A stretch of DNA of 62,431 bases, the filler included, from Nitrospirae bacterium CG2_30_53_67 (lineage in GTDB: Bacteria > CG2-30-53-67): the NCBI GenBank assembly GCA_001873285.1. It is 4 parts of 4 records of this genome, joined end to end, with 100 filler letters (N's around TTAATTAATTAA, not from the genome) between each part and the next. Parts side by side here need not be neighbours in the genome. Positions count along the whole stretch, not along the records: positions 25,039 to 49,654 come from MNYV01000020.1; positions 49,755 to 55,647 come from MNYV01000183.1; positions 55,748 to 62,431 come from MNYV01000063.1; 1 more part is not named here. The stretch is one strand, 5' to 3'. The notes under the pieces were generated by a model. It saw only the letters and a list, made by a program, of their open reading frames with translations. It was not told where the DNA came from and did not search any database. The position numbers and the translations under genes are program-made. How positions within the stretch are numbered: position 1 is the stretch's first letter; each line of letters starts with the position of its first letter. Positions 45,748 to 56,056 of this stretch are shown in pieces.

Positions 45748-47043
45748 ATGACGAAAAATAGAAAATACGATAAAACCAAAAAGGACATCCCTCTCGTTGC
45801 GGAAGAAGAAGCCGTTTATCTGGCACGAGTAGACGGAACATTACAGGATGTAAAATTAAAACCCAAGCTGATTGATCTATTCGCCGGTGCCGGCGGTATG
45901 ACGCTCGGATTCACGAAGTTGACCGGTCATGGTTTTGAGCCGGTTTGGGCGAACGATTTTAACGATCATGCAGCAAGGACGTACAATGCCAATTTCGGCA
46001 ACCATTGTATCGTCGGCGACATTGTAAGCATTCTCGAAAACCCACGTACTAAAATTCCGAAAGCCGACGTAGTCATCGGCGGCCCACCCTGTCAAGGTTT
46101 CAGCCTTCTCAATAAGAACCGAGACGACGACCCGCGCAAGCAACTATGGCGACCGTACATGGATATTGTAGAACGCTCCGGCGCCTCCATTTTCGTCATG
46201 GAAAATGTCCCCCAAATGCTTGATTCTTTCGAGCATGGTGAAATCATCGGAGTTGCCGAATCGCTGGGTTTCAAACTTCGCTGGGCTAAGTTATGTGCAG
46301 CGGATTACGGCGTATCGCAAACAAGATGGCGTGCTTTCATAATAGGCTGTAAATTCGCAGACCCTGAAGGTGTTTTCCCTCCGAAAAAAACAAACTACAA
46401 TATCAACAACGGTTATCGCAAAGCGTTTTCTGAAGAGTTCGACTCATATATTGTGAATCCTTCGCCGTGGAGAAACGTTCGCGATGCCATCGCCGATCTG
46501 CCGCCGCCGGTCGGAACGGAAATTCGGGACATCCCGCCCCCGCTTGACCTTCACTTCGGACGTACGCCTACGCCGATGAGTATGAAACGTTATCGCGCTA
46601 TACCGAAAGAGGGGATGAATCGATTCGACCTTCAAAAGAAAGCGCCGGATATTACTCCTGCATGTTGGATTCGCAAAACATCCGGCGGTACTGATCTATT
46701 CGGAAGGCTCTGGTGGGATAGGCCGTCTTTTACTATAAGAACGGAGTTTTTCAAACCGGAGAAAGGGCGCTATCTTCATCCCGTGCAGCATCGGCCTATA
46801 ACCCACCGAGAGGCTGCGAGACTGCAATCATTCCCCGATGATTTCAGATTCGTCGGGACAAAGATAGAAGTAGCGAAACAAATAGGCAACGCAGTCCCGC
46901 CATTGTTGGCCGCGCGCATCGCCGATTGTGTATACACGTTGCTTCTGTCCAAGGAAATAAATCGATGTCGGACGTCTTCAGCAGGAAAAAAAGAAGCTGG
47001 ATTATGGCGCGAGTTTCAGGTAGCAACACAAAGCCTGAAATAA
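45748..47043 (+). CDS. dcm: C5-cytosine DNA methyltransferase
   Basis: DLFAGAGG, GGPPCQGFS, MENV, QTRWR and QIGNAVPP. Confidence 0.95.
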   Translation: MTKNRKYDKTKKDIPLVAEEEAVYLARVDGTLQDVKLKPKLIDLFAGAGGMTLGFTKLTGHGFEPVWANDFNDHAARTYNANFGNHCIVGDIVSILENPRTKIPKADVVIGGPPCQGFSLLNKNRDDDPRKQLWRPYMDIVERSGASIFVMENVPQMLDSFEHGEIIGVAESLGFKLRWAKLCAADYGVSQTRWRAFIIGCKFADPEGVFPPKKTNYNINNGYRKAFSEEFDSYIVNPSPWRNVRDAIADLPPPVGTEIRDIPPPLDLHFGRTPTPMSMKRYRAIPKEGMNRFDLQKKAPDITPACWIRKTSGGTDLFGRLWWDRPSFTIRTEFFKPEKGRYLHPVQHRPITHREAARLQSFPDDFRFVGTKIEVAKQIGNAVPPLLAARIADCVYTLLLSKEINRCRTSSAGKKEAGLWREFQVATQSLK

Positions 47044-47372
47044 TCGTCCGAAGAATACTTTACGGCTTGGGTTTTCGTTATCGTATAAATGTCCGAAAGT
47101 TGCCAGGCACTCCCGATATTGTATTATCGAAGCATAATAAAGTGGTCTTCGTTCATGGCTGTTTCTGGCATGGCCATAAAGGCTGTAAACGTTCCAAGAG
47201 GCCAACTACGAATGTCGCTTTTTGGAACAGGAAAATAGACAAGAACATCGAGAGAGACAAAAACGGTTTAAAAGAACTTCGGCGGCTCGGTTGGAAGCCG
47301 CTGGTGATTTGGGAATGCCAGACAAAGAAACTCGAATCACTGGAAAAAAGGCTCGTTCGCTTTTTCAAATAG
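46965..47372 (+). CDS. vsr: Very-short-patch repair endonuclease
   Basis: MSDVFS...RSWIM...NTKPE, LPGTPD, FVHGCFWHGH and IWEC. Confidence 0.95.
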   Translation: MSDVFSRKKRSWIMARVSGSNTKPEIIVRRILYGLGFRYRINVRKLPGTPDIVLSKHNKVVFVHGCFWHGHKGCKRSKRPTTNVAFWNRKIDKNIERDKNGLKELRRLGWKPLVIWECQTKKLESLEKRLVRFFK

Positions 47373-47382
47373 GGGGTGCTTA

Positions 47383-47931
47383 ATGGGATCGAAAGACAAA
47401 CTGCGGGCATATCTTGAAGCGAACGTAGGCAAAGTTCTTAAGACGGCTACACTTCGCAAGGTCGCAGGCGTAAGCGAGTACGCACGAAGACTTCGAGAAT
47501 TACGCGATCAAGAAGGCATGCAGATTCGCTCCCATATCGACAGGCACGACCTCAAACCCGGCGAATACGTGCTTGAAAGTCTAAAGAGAATTCCGATGCT
47601 GGGACGCGGCATATCACCCCAGCTACGTAATGAAATTCTTGAGCGCAACGGTTTCACCTGCCGACTATGCGGTGCCGGATCTACCGACCCCGATCCATTC
47701 AATCCTTCTCGAAAAATCCGGCTTCATATCGACCATATCATTCCACTGAGCCAAGACGGCACAAACGATAAGAACAATCTGCGAGTGCTCTGTTCCGCGT
47801 GCAATCAAGGCCGATCAAATATTCAGCCGCTTACCGAATCTGCTCGAAATGTTTTGGCCCGTATCCGTCGCCTTCCTCGTGCATCTCAAAAAGAAGTTTA
47901 TGAAGCGTTGAAGAAGGCATTTGCAGAATAA
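47383..47931 (+). CDS. HNH endonuclease with N-terminal winged helix (probable restriction enzyme)
   Basis: ARRLRELR; CRLCG...LHIDHIIP...NLRVLCSACNQGRSN. Confidence 0.88.
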   Translation: MGSKDKLRAYLEANVGKVLKTATLRKVAGVSEYARRLRELRDQEGMQIRSHIDRHDLKPGEYVLESLKRIPMLGRGISPQLRNEILERNGFTCRLCGAGSTDPDPFNPSRKIRLHIDHIIPLSQDGTNDKNNLRVLCSACNQGRSNIQPLTESARNVLARIRRLPRASQKEVYEALKKAFAE

Positions 47932-47974
47932 AGTTCGGCCTGATATATCCTTGTCTTTACAATACGCGATGAAC

Positions 47975-48034
47975 GTCCAACAAGCGGCTCGACACCGTCC
48001 GGGCTTCGCCCGGCGGGTCAGCCGCGCGTTATAT
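47975..48034 (+). other. attC: Integron attC site (60 bp), distant from intI
   Basis: GTCCAAC-AAGCG-GCTCGAC...CCGGGCTTCGCCCGG...GTCAGC-CGCGC-GTTATAT; extrahelical C in the left L box. Confidence 0.85.
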
Positions 48035-48092
48035 TTTCCATCACGCCCCTCGGTCTGACACCAGGTAGAACACCGAGAAGAAGAGGATTTTC

Positions 48093-49654
48093 ATGCCACG
48101 ACTGACCGAACAAGAACAACAAGAGATCATCCGTTTTCTGGAGGCGGGCAAACCGCTGCCGGACAAATTTCGTTTCCTGCTCTTTGAGGACAAGCGCGAG
48201 GTCGAATTGGTCTGGAACGGCAAGACCAGCGAGGTCTCCAATATCGTGCTGCCCTTTCAGGTGATCGAGCAGGTGGACGAGCCGCGCGCCGAAAGGCCAG
48301 AGGACACGTCACCACAAGGATTGCTTTTTGACGAGCGCGGCCGCCAACTCAAGGGCTGGACAAACAAGCTCATCTGGGGTGACAACAAGTTGATCCTCTC
48401 ATCGCTGAAGAACGGCCCCCTGCGCGAGGAGATTGAAAAGCAGGGCGGCCTTAAGCTGATCTACATCGACCCGCCCTTCGACGTCGGCGCGGATTTCAGC
48501 ATGGACATCGAGATCGGCGGCGACACCTTCACGAAAAACCCCAACATCCTGGAAGAGATTGCTTACCGCGACACCTGGGGCAAAGGCACGGATTCCTTTA
48601 TCGCCATGATCTACGAGCGGCTGGTGGTGATGCACGATTTGTTGGCCGAAGACGGCAGTATTTATGTCCATTGTGATGTGAGAGTTGGAAGTTTTCTAAA
48701 ACTCGTGCTAGATGAAATTTTTGGTGAAATTGGTTTCAATAGCATGGTCATCTGGAAGAGAAGATCAGGCATAGTACAAAAGACAAATCAGTTTGGAATT
48801 ACGACTGATTTTTTATTCTATTACAACAAAACTGATGAGTTCACGTTTTCCCCCCAGTTTACAACAGAAGACACAGAGGACTATATCAAGGAAAGATATA
48901 CTTATAAGGAACCAGGTGGAAGAGTTTACAAGCTTGGTGATTTAAGCAATCCCGCGAACAGACCTACCCTGAAATATGAATATAAAGGATATGCTCCTCC
49001 AGAAAAAGGATGGGCTGTTTCCCGAGAACGAATGGAGCAAATGGATAAGGAGGGAAGATTATATTTTCCGAAAGACAAAGCTAAAAGATTAATGCGAAAA
49101 CAATTCCTGGATGAATGGAAAGGTAAACCTGTTCAAAACCTATGGGATGATGTTTTTCCTGTTAACTCGCAGGCAAAAGAAAAAGTTGACTACCCCACGC
49201 AAAAACCCGAAGCCCTTCTTGAACGCATCATCAAAGCCTCTTCCAACGAAGGCGACCTGGTTGCCGACTTCTTCTGCGGCTCCGGTACCACCGCCGCCGT
49301 GGCGGAAAAGCTGGGGCGCAAGTGGATCGTCAGCGATCTGGGCAAGTTCGCCATTCACACTACCCGTAAGCGTCTGATCGGCGTGCAGCGGGAACTCAAA
49401 GCCGAGGGCAAGGACTACCGCGCCTTTGAAATCCTCAACCTGGGCAAGTACGAACGCCAGCACTACATCGGAATAGAACCGCTAATAGACGCGAATGCAC
49501 GCGAATCAAAAGAAGATATTGGCGTTCATTCGCGTTCATTGGCGGTTGAAGATGTTTCCCGCCGGGAAATGCAGCGCCGGATCATCGAACAAAAAGAAAA
49601 GGAATTTGTGGAACTGATCCTTCGCGCCTACCGCGCCGAGAAGACCGACGGCTT
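48093..49654 (+). CDS. Type III Mod-like beta-class adenine methyltransferase (3' partial)
   Basis: LIYIDPPF, IYVHCD, YPTQKPEALLERII and DFFCGSGTT; cut by the gap. Confidence 0.9.
49477..49547. repeat. Palindromic repeat embedded in frame in the Mod gene
   Basis: 30-bp arms AACCGCTAATAGACGCGAATGCACGCGAAT and ATTGGCGTTCATTCGCGTTCATTGGCGGTT with 10-bp periodicity. Confidence 0.7.
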
Positions 49655-49754
49655 NNNNNNNNNNNNNNNNNNNNNNNNNNNNNNNNNNNNNNNNNNNNTT
49701 AATTAATTAANNNNNNNNNNNNNNNNNNNNNNNNNNNNNNNNNNNNNNNNNNNN
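49655..49754. other. Artificial contig linker
   Basis: N-run, TTAATTAATTAA, N-run. Confidence 0.97.
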
Positions 49755-49984
49755 CGGTCGGCATGAAAGGCATACGGCCGGCTGTTATCTCGGAAGAACT
49801 TGCTGCAGAGCTTGATGACTTTCTTTCCTTCAGACATGTGTTCAGGAATATTTACGGCTTTGAGCTGAAGGGAGAGCGGGTCATATATCTTTCCAAAAAA
49901 TTTGATACGGTTGCTGAATGGTTTATCAGAGAGATTAAAACATTCCTGATATTTCTGGGAACGGAATTAAAGAGCGGGTTATGA
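49755..49984 (+). CDS. HEPN (HepT/DUF86-like) ribonuclease toxin, C-terminal part
   Basis: IRPAVIS...FRHVFRNIYGFEL. Confidence 0.75.
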
Positions 49985-50256
49985 GCGGGGGCAATCAAAG
50001 CTGACATTTCAAGTCATCTGAAAATCAATAAGGACGAGATTTTTTTTATGTAGGAGGGGTCTCGGATACCAATGTTATTGAGGACGGCCTTCACGGAATT
50101 TTGCCAGTTCAAGACATAACCACATTATATACTTATTTAATATTCGTCTCTCCTTACTAAAGAGGGGAAATTGAAATTCCTCCCTTTTCTTCATGAAAAT
50201 ATTTTACTTGCCGGATATGCACACGAAAAGAAAATAATTTGGGGAAATATTGGGTA

Positions 50257-50290
50257 TTGACAAAATGGACAAATAAATGTACATTAAGAT
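50257..50290 (+). promoter_or_regulatory. TA promoter overlapped by a palindromic operator
   Basis: TTGACA followed by the inverted repeat AATGGACA-AATAAA-TGTACATT upstream of the antitoxin. Confidence 0.55.
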
Positions 50291-50331
50291 GCATATAAGA
50301 CAGGTCGATGACTCGTAGAGAGGAGTACATT

Positions 50332-50613
50332 GTGACGAAGACATTACCCATTACCAAGGCCCGTTACAAACTCAAAGATCTTAGTAAGGAGTTTGCAAGG
50401 GAGAAAGAACCCGAGGCAGTTGCTGTCACAAGGCGAGGAGAGCCGATACTTGCAGTCATGCCATGGGATCTTTATGAGTCGTTAATAGAAACTCTGGAAA
50501 TCATGGGTGATAAAGATCTAATGGAAGGTCTGCAACAAAGCATCCGGGAAATAAAGGAAGGGAAAACAATCCCATGGGAGGAGGCGAAAAATGATCTTGG
50601 GTTAGAAGGATGA
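50332..50613 (+). CDS. Phd/YefM antitoxin
   Basis: TLPITKAR...VTRRGEP...YESLIETLEI; GTG start after GAGGAG. Confidence 0.9.
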   Translation: MTKTLPITKARYKLKDLSKEFAREKEPEAVAVTRRGEPILAVMPWDLYESLIETLEIMGDKDLMEGLQQSIREIKEGKTIPWEEAKNDLGLEG

Positions 50614-50924
50614 GTTACAAAATAGTTCTCACCGAGAAGGCAAAAAAAATGCTTGCAGCTATTTCTGATCGCCGTGTAAGAGAGAAGATTGCCTATCGAA
50701 TAGATGGTCTATCGCAAGATCCCGACAAACAAGGCAAAGCTTTGACCGGTGACCTCGCAGGATATCGAAGCATAAGGGCGGTTGGACAACGTTATCGTAT
50801 TCTCTACCGTGTGGAAAGGAAGGAAGTGGTTGTTATAATAGTAGCGGTTGGCATTCGAAAACAAGGAAGCCGTTCCGATTTATATCATCTGGCCAAGAAA
50901 CTTCTTCGTTTAAAATTACTATAA
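50610..50924 (+). CDS. RelE/ParE toxin
   Basis: GKALTGDLAGYRSIR...YRILY...VGIR; ATGA overlap. Confidence 0.92.
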   Translation: MSYKIVLTEKAKKMLAAISDRRVREKIAYRIDGLSQDPDKQGKALTGDLAGYRSIRAVGQRYRILYRVERKEVVVIIVAVGIRKQGSRSDLYHLAKKLLRLKLL

Positions 50925-51176
50925 TCTATATTCGCCTCACCTTTGTAAGCCGATGGCTCGTTGATGGGAGGATAGGCGGGGTAGAGCCAAGGTGAATCTA
51001 CCTCTCCATTCCCCTTCTTACAAAGGATGGGAAAATGAAATGCCTCCCGGCGCCTGCCCTGAGCGCAGTCGAAGGGGCCTCCCAGTGCTGAATTATTGAA
51101 AATGCATAGCGAACGCATTCACCGCCCCTTGGGGGCGGGATTAGTCTTAAACAGGGCAAATGGGTTCCGGGCTCGT

Positions 51177-51572
51177 CTATTGGAACAGCTTGAGCGGATA
51201 GTGCTCGGCGATTCTTTCGAAGTGGCGATCCAGGGAATAAAGAGACATGCGATGCTCAAGTGCTGTTTGAGCAATAATCAAGTCTACGGCGCCGATGTGA
51301 ATACCTTGTTTGGATAGATTGTGGCCCATGCTTCCTGCCTTGTTGTAGACCTCTTCATCGGTCTTGATATAATCGACGGCCTCCAGAAACTTCATGAGAA
51401 ATCTAAGCTCCCTTTCGCCCTTGGCTCCTCTGTAGAGCTCGGTCACAACAATCCCTGACACAGCGGCGCTGTTGCGAACGAGCAATGGCTTCAGGGAAGC
51501 CGACACCGGGTCATTTCCCCCTCGGAAAAATTCAATCCACACGGGGGTGTCAACCAGGACCTTATCTTTCAT
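51177..51572 (-). CDS. vapC: VapC PIN-domain toxin
   Basis: VLVDT, ELYRG, DLIIA and SLDRHF. Confidence 0.92.
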   Translation of the reverse strand: MKDKVLVDTPVWIEFFRGGNDPVSASLKPLLVRNSAAVSGIVVTELYRGAKGERELRFLMKFLEAVDYIKTDEEVYNKAGSMGHNLSKQGIHIGAVDLIIAQTALEHRMSLYSLDRHFERIAEHYPLKLFQ

Positions 51573-51756
51573 GTCTTAACTTCTCCCAGTCGGCCATGAA
51601 CTCGAGCTTTCCCTGCATGGCAATTGCTTCTTCAATGGTTTTCCTGCGGATGAACTCCTGCAATGCCATGATGACCGCCCGTCTCTTTGTATTGCTTTTT
51701 GAGAGCTTCATTGCCTCACGTATAAGGTCATTTGGGATGTCTAATGTTGTTTTCAT
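51562..51756 (-). CDS. vapB: VapB antitoxin
   Basis: MKTTLDIPNDLIREAM...TKRRAV; overlaps vapC. Confidence 0.9.
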   Translation of the reverse strand: MKTTLDIPNDLIREAMKLSKSNTKRRAVIMALQEFIRRKTIEEAIAMQGKLEFMADWEKLRHER

Positions 51757-51924
51757 TTTATATCTCCTCTGACCAAGTATATATATCTAATATATATATT
51801 TTATTACATATGTCAAGTCTATTTTCCAAATCGGATTCATAAGAAATATCATTTCGAAAGCATCGCTCACCTCTATCTTTCGGTTACGCATCCCCCGTCA
51901 CAAGACCGCTCTCATATATTTGCA

Positions 51925-52137
51925 TCAGAAATAACGCCGGCCGAGGTAGATGACGATCAATCCGGCTGCCATGACGGTGATGCCGAAGGTGCGGATCACG
52001 CCGCTCGGTATGGATGGAAGGCGTTTTGCCAGTTCTCTTATCTGATTTGGAAAAGCGAAGTATAAGATTCCCTCGAAGACCATGGCAAGCCCGAGAGCGG
52101 AGATGAAGAGTTTCAAGGCGTCTCCCTGGGGGATCAA
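51925..52137 (-). CDS. DUF2065 small membrane protein
   Basis: ALGLAMVFEGILYFAFP...IRTFG. Confidence 0.8.
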   Translation of the reverse strand: MIPQGDALKLFISALGLAMVFEGILYFAFPNQIRELAKRLPSIPSGVIRTFGITVMAAGLIVIYLGRRYF

Positions 52138-52757
52138 TCTGCATAAACGGTCACGATGAGTGAACCGCCGATGATATGAACCTCCTTGATGGTGCGGATC
52201 TGTTTTTCAAAGGGATTGATATCCAGGTCGTTCAGAATTTCAGGCATGAATTGCGGAGGGATTCGAAGGTCTCCAAGGAAAATCTCTTCAGGCTCGAAAA
52301 CGATCTGGTTGGATCGAACGGCGGGTTTGGTTACGATCCGGAAGGCGATCTTGGCATTGCGAAGTTGCTTTGAGATAAAGTTCTCTTCCATGCCGCTTAA
52401 GGTTTTGCTGATGAACGGATTAAAAAGACCGGAAAAGATGGTCCGATCCTTGTCCAATTGCACATAGACCTTGAATACCCGGTCATTCTCCAGTTTTTGC
52501 TGAACCCATGAGTTGATTTCCATCCCCGTGAATGAGATGTCTTTGGTTTTTTTGAAATTGAAGGCCAGGGTTTCGTCAATGAGCATCTTGGTGATCTTTG
52601 CCTGGCAGCTTTCAGCGGCTTCAGTAGAGATGTCCGTGGCCGCAATCTTTACAGGTGAAAAAACCTTCATGGAAATATAAAGGATCCCCGAGACGATGCA
52701 GAGGAGTATAAGCAAAAAAATAATGAAAAGGGGCGATTTCTTCTTTTTAGCAGGCAT
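52134..52757 (-). CDS. Membrane-anchored hypothetical protein
   Basis: Basic N-terminus, one TM helix, beta-rich domain with IFLGDLRIP. Confidence 0.65.
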   Translation of the reverse strand: MPAKKKKSPLFIIFLLILLCIVSGILYISMKVFSPVKIAATDISTEAAESCQAKITKMLIDETLAFNFKKTKDISFTGMEINSWVQQKLENDRVFKVYVQLDKDRTIFSGLFNPFISKTLSGMEENFISKQLRNAKIAFRIVTKPAVRSNQIVFEPEEIFLGDLRIPPQFMPEILNDLDINPFEKQIRTIKEVHIIGGSLIVTVYAD

Positions 52758-53030
52758 TGCTTATCTCTCTTCCAAAATGTGAAGCGGACCTTTTAGAAAA
52801 CAAAAGGATAAAATGACATCGCCACGACAATCCTTTTATTTTATTACTTAATCTTTTCCATAAGTTACTATACCTTATCGGCATAAGTCAACGTATTTCT
52901 ATCATCGGATGATTTTTGTATTTTATTGGATCGGATTTCCATGTATGATCATGGCTGTCTCCGGGCATTCGACAGAGAGGGTATTTTCGATATGGAAAGG
53001 GGTTTTTCTTTATATTAGAGGAGAGAAGGG

Positions 53031-53588
53031 ATGATCTGCAGGCTGATTGAACAGGAGATTCCTTATACGGGGAGGGAGCTTGCCTCCCATTGGGCGTTCA
53101 GGTCTTTTGGCCTTTTAGGGGACAGCATGGTGGCCTTTGCAGGCCCTTGTGACGTCGGTACCGACCGGATGGCGGATCTCGTGGATGTCAAAGCAGATGC
53201 GCCGATATGGAGCGAACGGATGCTGCACTTTATCGTGGAGCATTTCGGGTGCGGGCTCGAGACGGCGATCCTCCGGCAGAGGCTCCTGATCTGTATCATT
53301 CAGGAGATCCTCAACGGCGGATTCAAGGCGCAGATCATCCGGCGCAAGGGGGATGACCTGTACGAAGGGGATGCAAAGCTTTCGGTTTCCATTGCCGTGC
53401 AAAGCCCGGTTTCCTGCATGATTCACGTGGGTCTCAACATCGAAAGCCGGGGGACCCCTGTAAAGACCATGGGTCTGAACGATCTTGGCGTGGAGCCGAG
53501 GGCCCTGGCCAAGGACGTGATGGCCGGGTATCTCGATGAGTTAGAAGGGATGACGGAGGCGCGCTGCAAGGTGCGTGGAGTACCCTGA
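53031..53588 (+). CDS. DUF366 family protein (biotin/lipoate-ligase-like fold)
   Basis: YTGRELASHW, MADLVD, MLHFIVEHF, RKGDDLY, KLSVSIA and IHVGLNI. Confidence 0.8.
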   Translation: MICRLIEQEIPYTGRELASHWAFRSFGLLGDSMVAFAGPCDVGTDRMADLVDVKADAPIWSERMLHFIVEHFGCGLETAILRQRLLICIIQEILNGGFKAQIIRRKGDDLYEGDAKLSVSIAVQSPVSCMIHVGLNIESRGTPVKTMGLNDLGVEPRALAKDVMAGYLDELEGMTEARCKVRGVP

Positions 53589-54334
53589 TGGATGCTGCGG
53601 CTGAGATCATGGAGATATTCTCCTCGATTCAGGGTGAGGGACCGCTGGTGGGGGAGCGCCAGCTCTTTGTCCGGTTCTACGGCTGTAACCGTGCCTGTCA
53701 ATACTGTGATACGGAGGCGTCCAAAGGTCCGGTCAGAGACTGCCTGATTGAAAAAACGCCGGGGCGCAGGGATTTTACCGCACGCCCCAACCCCCTGAGT
53801 GCGGAAGAACTCATCCGGATCATCCGGGACGCCGTGAGACACCGACACCTGCATCAGTCTCTGGTATTGACCGGCGGGGAACCCCTGCTCCATGCCGGAT
53901 TTCTGTCCGCTCTGCTTCCGGCCGTAATCCGTGAGATCCCGGTTCTCCTGGAGACCAACGGTCTTTTGTATCATGAACTCGGAGAGATCCTGCCGTGGGT
54001 GGAGACCATCTCCATGGATGTCAAGCTCGCCTCGGCCACGGGCGAGGCCGAGGACTGGGAATCACACCGGCTCTTTCTGGACTTGGCGAAGACCAGGAAA
54101 CTCTATATCAAGGCGGTGCTGACACCCCGTGTGACCGATGAGGAGATCCGTCTTCTATCCGATCTGATCGAGAAGGCCGATCCCGGGATCCCCCTGATCC
54201 TTCAGCCGGTGCACGGCGCCGAGGCTGATCCGGAATGGACCCGCCGCCTGCTCGACATTCAAGGCGCGTGCAAGGAGCGCCTCCGGAGCGTCCGTATCAT
54301 CCCTCAGATTCATCAGGCGCTGAATATGCTTTGA
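53588..54334 (+). CDS. queE: 7-carboxy-7-deazaguanine synthase
   Basis: EIFSSIQGEG, FVRFYGCNRACQYCDT, TGGEPLL, LETNG and PQIH. Confidence 0.9.
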   Translation: MDAAAEIMEIFSSIQGEGPLVGERQLFVRFYGCNRACQYCDTEASKGPVRDCLIEKTPGRRDFTARPNPLSAEELIRIIRDAVRHRHLHQSLVLTGGEPLLHAGFLSALLPAVIREIPVLLETNGLLYHELGEILPWVETISMDVKLASATGEAEDWESHRLFLDLAKTRKLYIKAVLTPRVTDEEIRLLSDLIEKADPGIPLILQPVHGAEADPEWTRRLLDIQGACKERLRSVRIIPQIHQALNML

Positions 54335-54353
54335 TCAACGGAAAGGAAAACGG

Positions 54354-55647
54354 ATGACCCATCAAGAAAAGATTGCATCAAACGGATACGGCATTTTCGG
54401 GTTTATGCATCAATACGTTGTACTGATTGTGGCGGCTTGTCTGGGGATCGCCCTCTCTTTGTTTCTGTTCAACACTTCACGGACGTGGGAAAACAAAAAG
54501 ATACAGGCGGAGTTTGAGAGGATTGCTGCGGACCATATCTCCGCTTTCAGAAAAACCATTCAAATCAATTTGCACGAGCTTGATGCGCTCCACGCCTTTT
54601 ATCTCGGTTCTGAAAAGGTTGAACGGTTGGAATTCAGGAAGTTTGCCGAGCACATGATGGTGGAAAATCCATCCGTGCAGGCGCTGGAGTGGATTCCTCG
54701 TGTTCTCCAAAAGGAGCGGATCGTCTTTGAAGAGACGGCGCGAAGAGAGGGGTTCCAGGATTTCGAAATCAGCGAGATCAATGCGGCAGGCAAGCGGGTC
54801 AGGGCGGGCCGACGGGACGAGTATTTCCCCGTCTATTTTCTGGAACCTCTGAAGGGAAACGAGCGCGTCCTGGGGTTTGATGCCGCCACAAGGCCCGCTA
54901 GGCTTGAGGCCATGAACCTGGCTGCCGACACCGGAAAGACCGCAGCCACCAGAAGAATTCATCTCGTACAGATAAAAGAGGAAGAGTCCGCTATCCGGGT
55001 ATTTCACCCGGTCTTCCGCAAAGATGCTGAGGTTGATACCGTGGAATTCAGGCGCGCAAATCTTTCGGGTTTTGTAGCGGGAGTTTATCGGGTCGGGGAT
55101 ATGCTGAAAAACAGCCTGATATTTTCCCATCCTCAGGGGATTGATATTTACCTTTACGACGACTCCGCCCCTGCAGACGAACGACTTCTATATTTCCATG
55201 CCTTTCGGACAAGGAAGGAATCCGTGCAGCCCGTTACAGATGAGACTCAGCTCAAATCAGGGATCTACTACGAGGAGCGCTTTGATGTGGCAGGCAGAAC
55301 ATGGCGGATGCTTTGCCGGACCACACCGGATTATGTCCATGCCGCAAGAACCTGGGAGCCCTGGGGGATCCTTGCGGCCGGGTTGATGTTTACGGCCATG
55401 ATTTGCGGTTATCTCCTGATCAACCTGGTCCGGATGAACCAGATTAAAGGTCATGTCGAAGCGCTCAACAAAGCGAAAAAAGAACTGGAGCATGAGATCA
55501 TCGAGCGCAAAGAGGCGGAAGAGGTCTTGAGGGAGAGCGAGGAACGGTTCCGGCAGTTGACCGAGGCCGCCTTTGATGGGATTGCTCTCTCTGAAGAAGG
55601 AAGGCTTTTAAAGGTCAATGAGTCCTTTGCCGCGATGTTCGGTTACG
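54354..55647 (+). CDS. CHASE-domain sensor with PAS (3' partial)
   Basis: TM, CHASE (QALEWIPRV, EYFPVYFLEP, VLGFD), TM, then ESEERFRQL start of PAS. Confidence 0.88.
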
Positions 55648-55747
55648 NNNNNNNNNNNNNNNNNNNNNNNNNNNNNNNNNNNNNNNNNNNNTTAATTAAT
55701 TAANNNNNNNNNNNNNNNNNNNNNNNNNNNNNNNNNNNNNNNNNNNN
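55648..55747. other. Artificial contig linker
   Basis: N-run, TTAATTAATTAA, N-run. Confidence 0.97.
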
Positions 55748-55986
55748 CGAAAACCAAGATAATGATGGCGGTTCATGAGCGTATCCCACGTTTCACGCTC
55801 GGTGGCTATGATGGGGCGGACAAGAAGTGTATCTGTGGTGGGATAAACCTGCGGCGCGTGGTGAATCGGTGTGTGCGGGGGATCGTTTGCCATAAAACCG
55901 TTATACACGATTCCCAATAGAAAAACCAGTGAAATATATTTGCGCTACGATATCAACAGGCTATGCCGAACTATGACATGACCCTG
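55748..55986 (-). mobile_element. End of an ISAs1-like insertion sequence with DUF4338-type ORF start (55893 into the gap)
   Basis: Terminus CAGGGTCATGTCA on the minus strand; ORF VRPI...WDTLMNRHHYLGF; sits at a contig break. Confidence 0.6.
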
Positions 55987-56056
55987 GTTCCAGCGATCCC
56001 TAATTGACATTTACACGTGTTTTTGTATAACATTTCTATTTTTAACGGGGCACATC

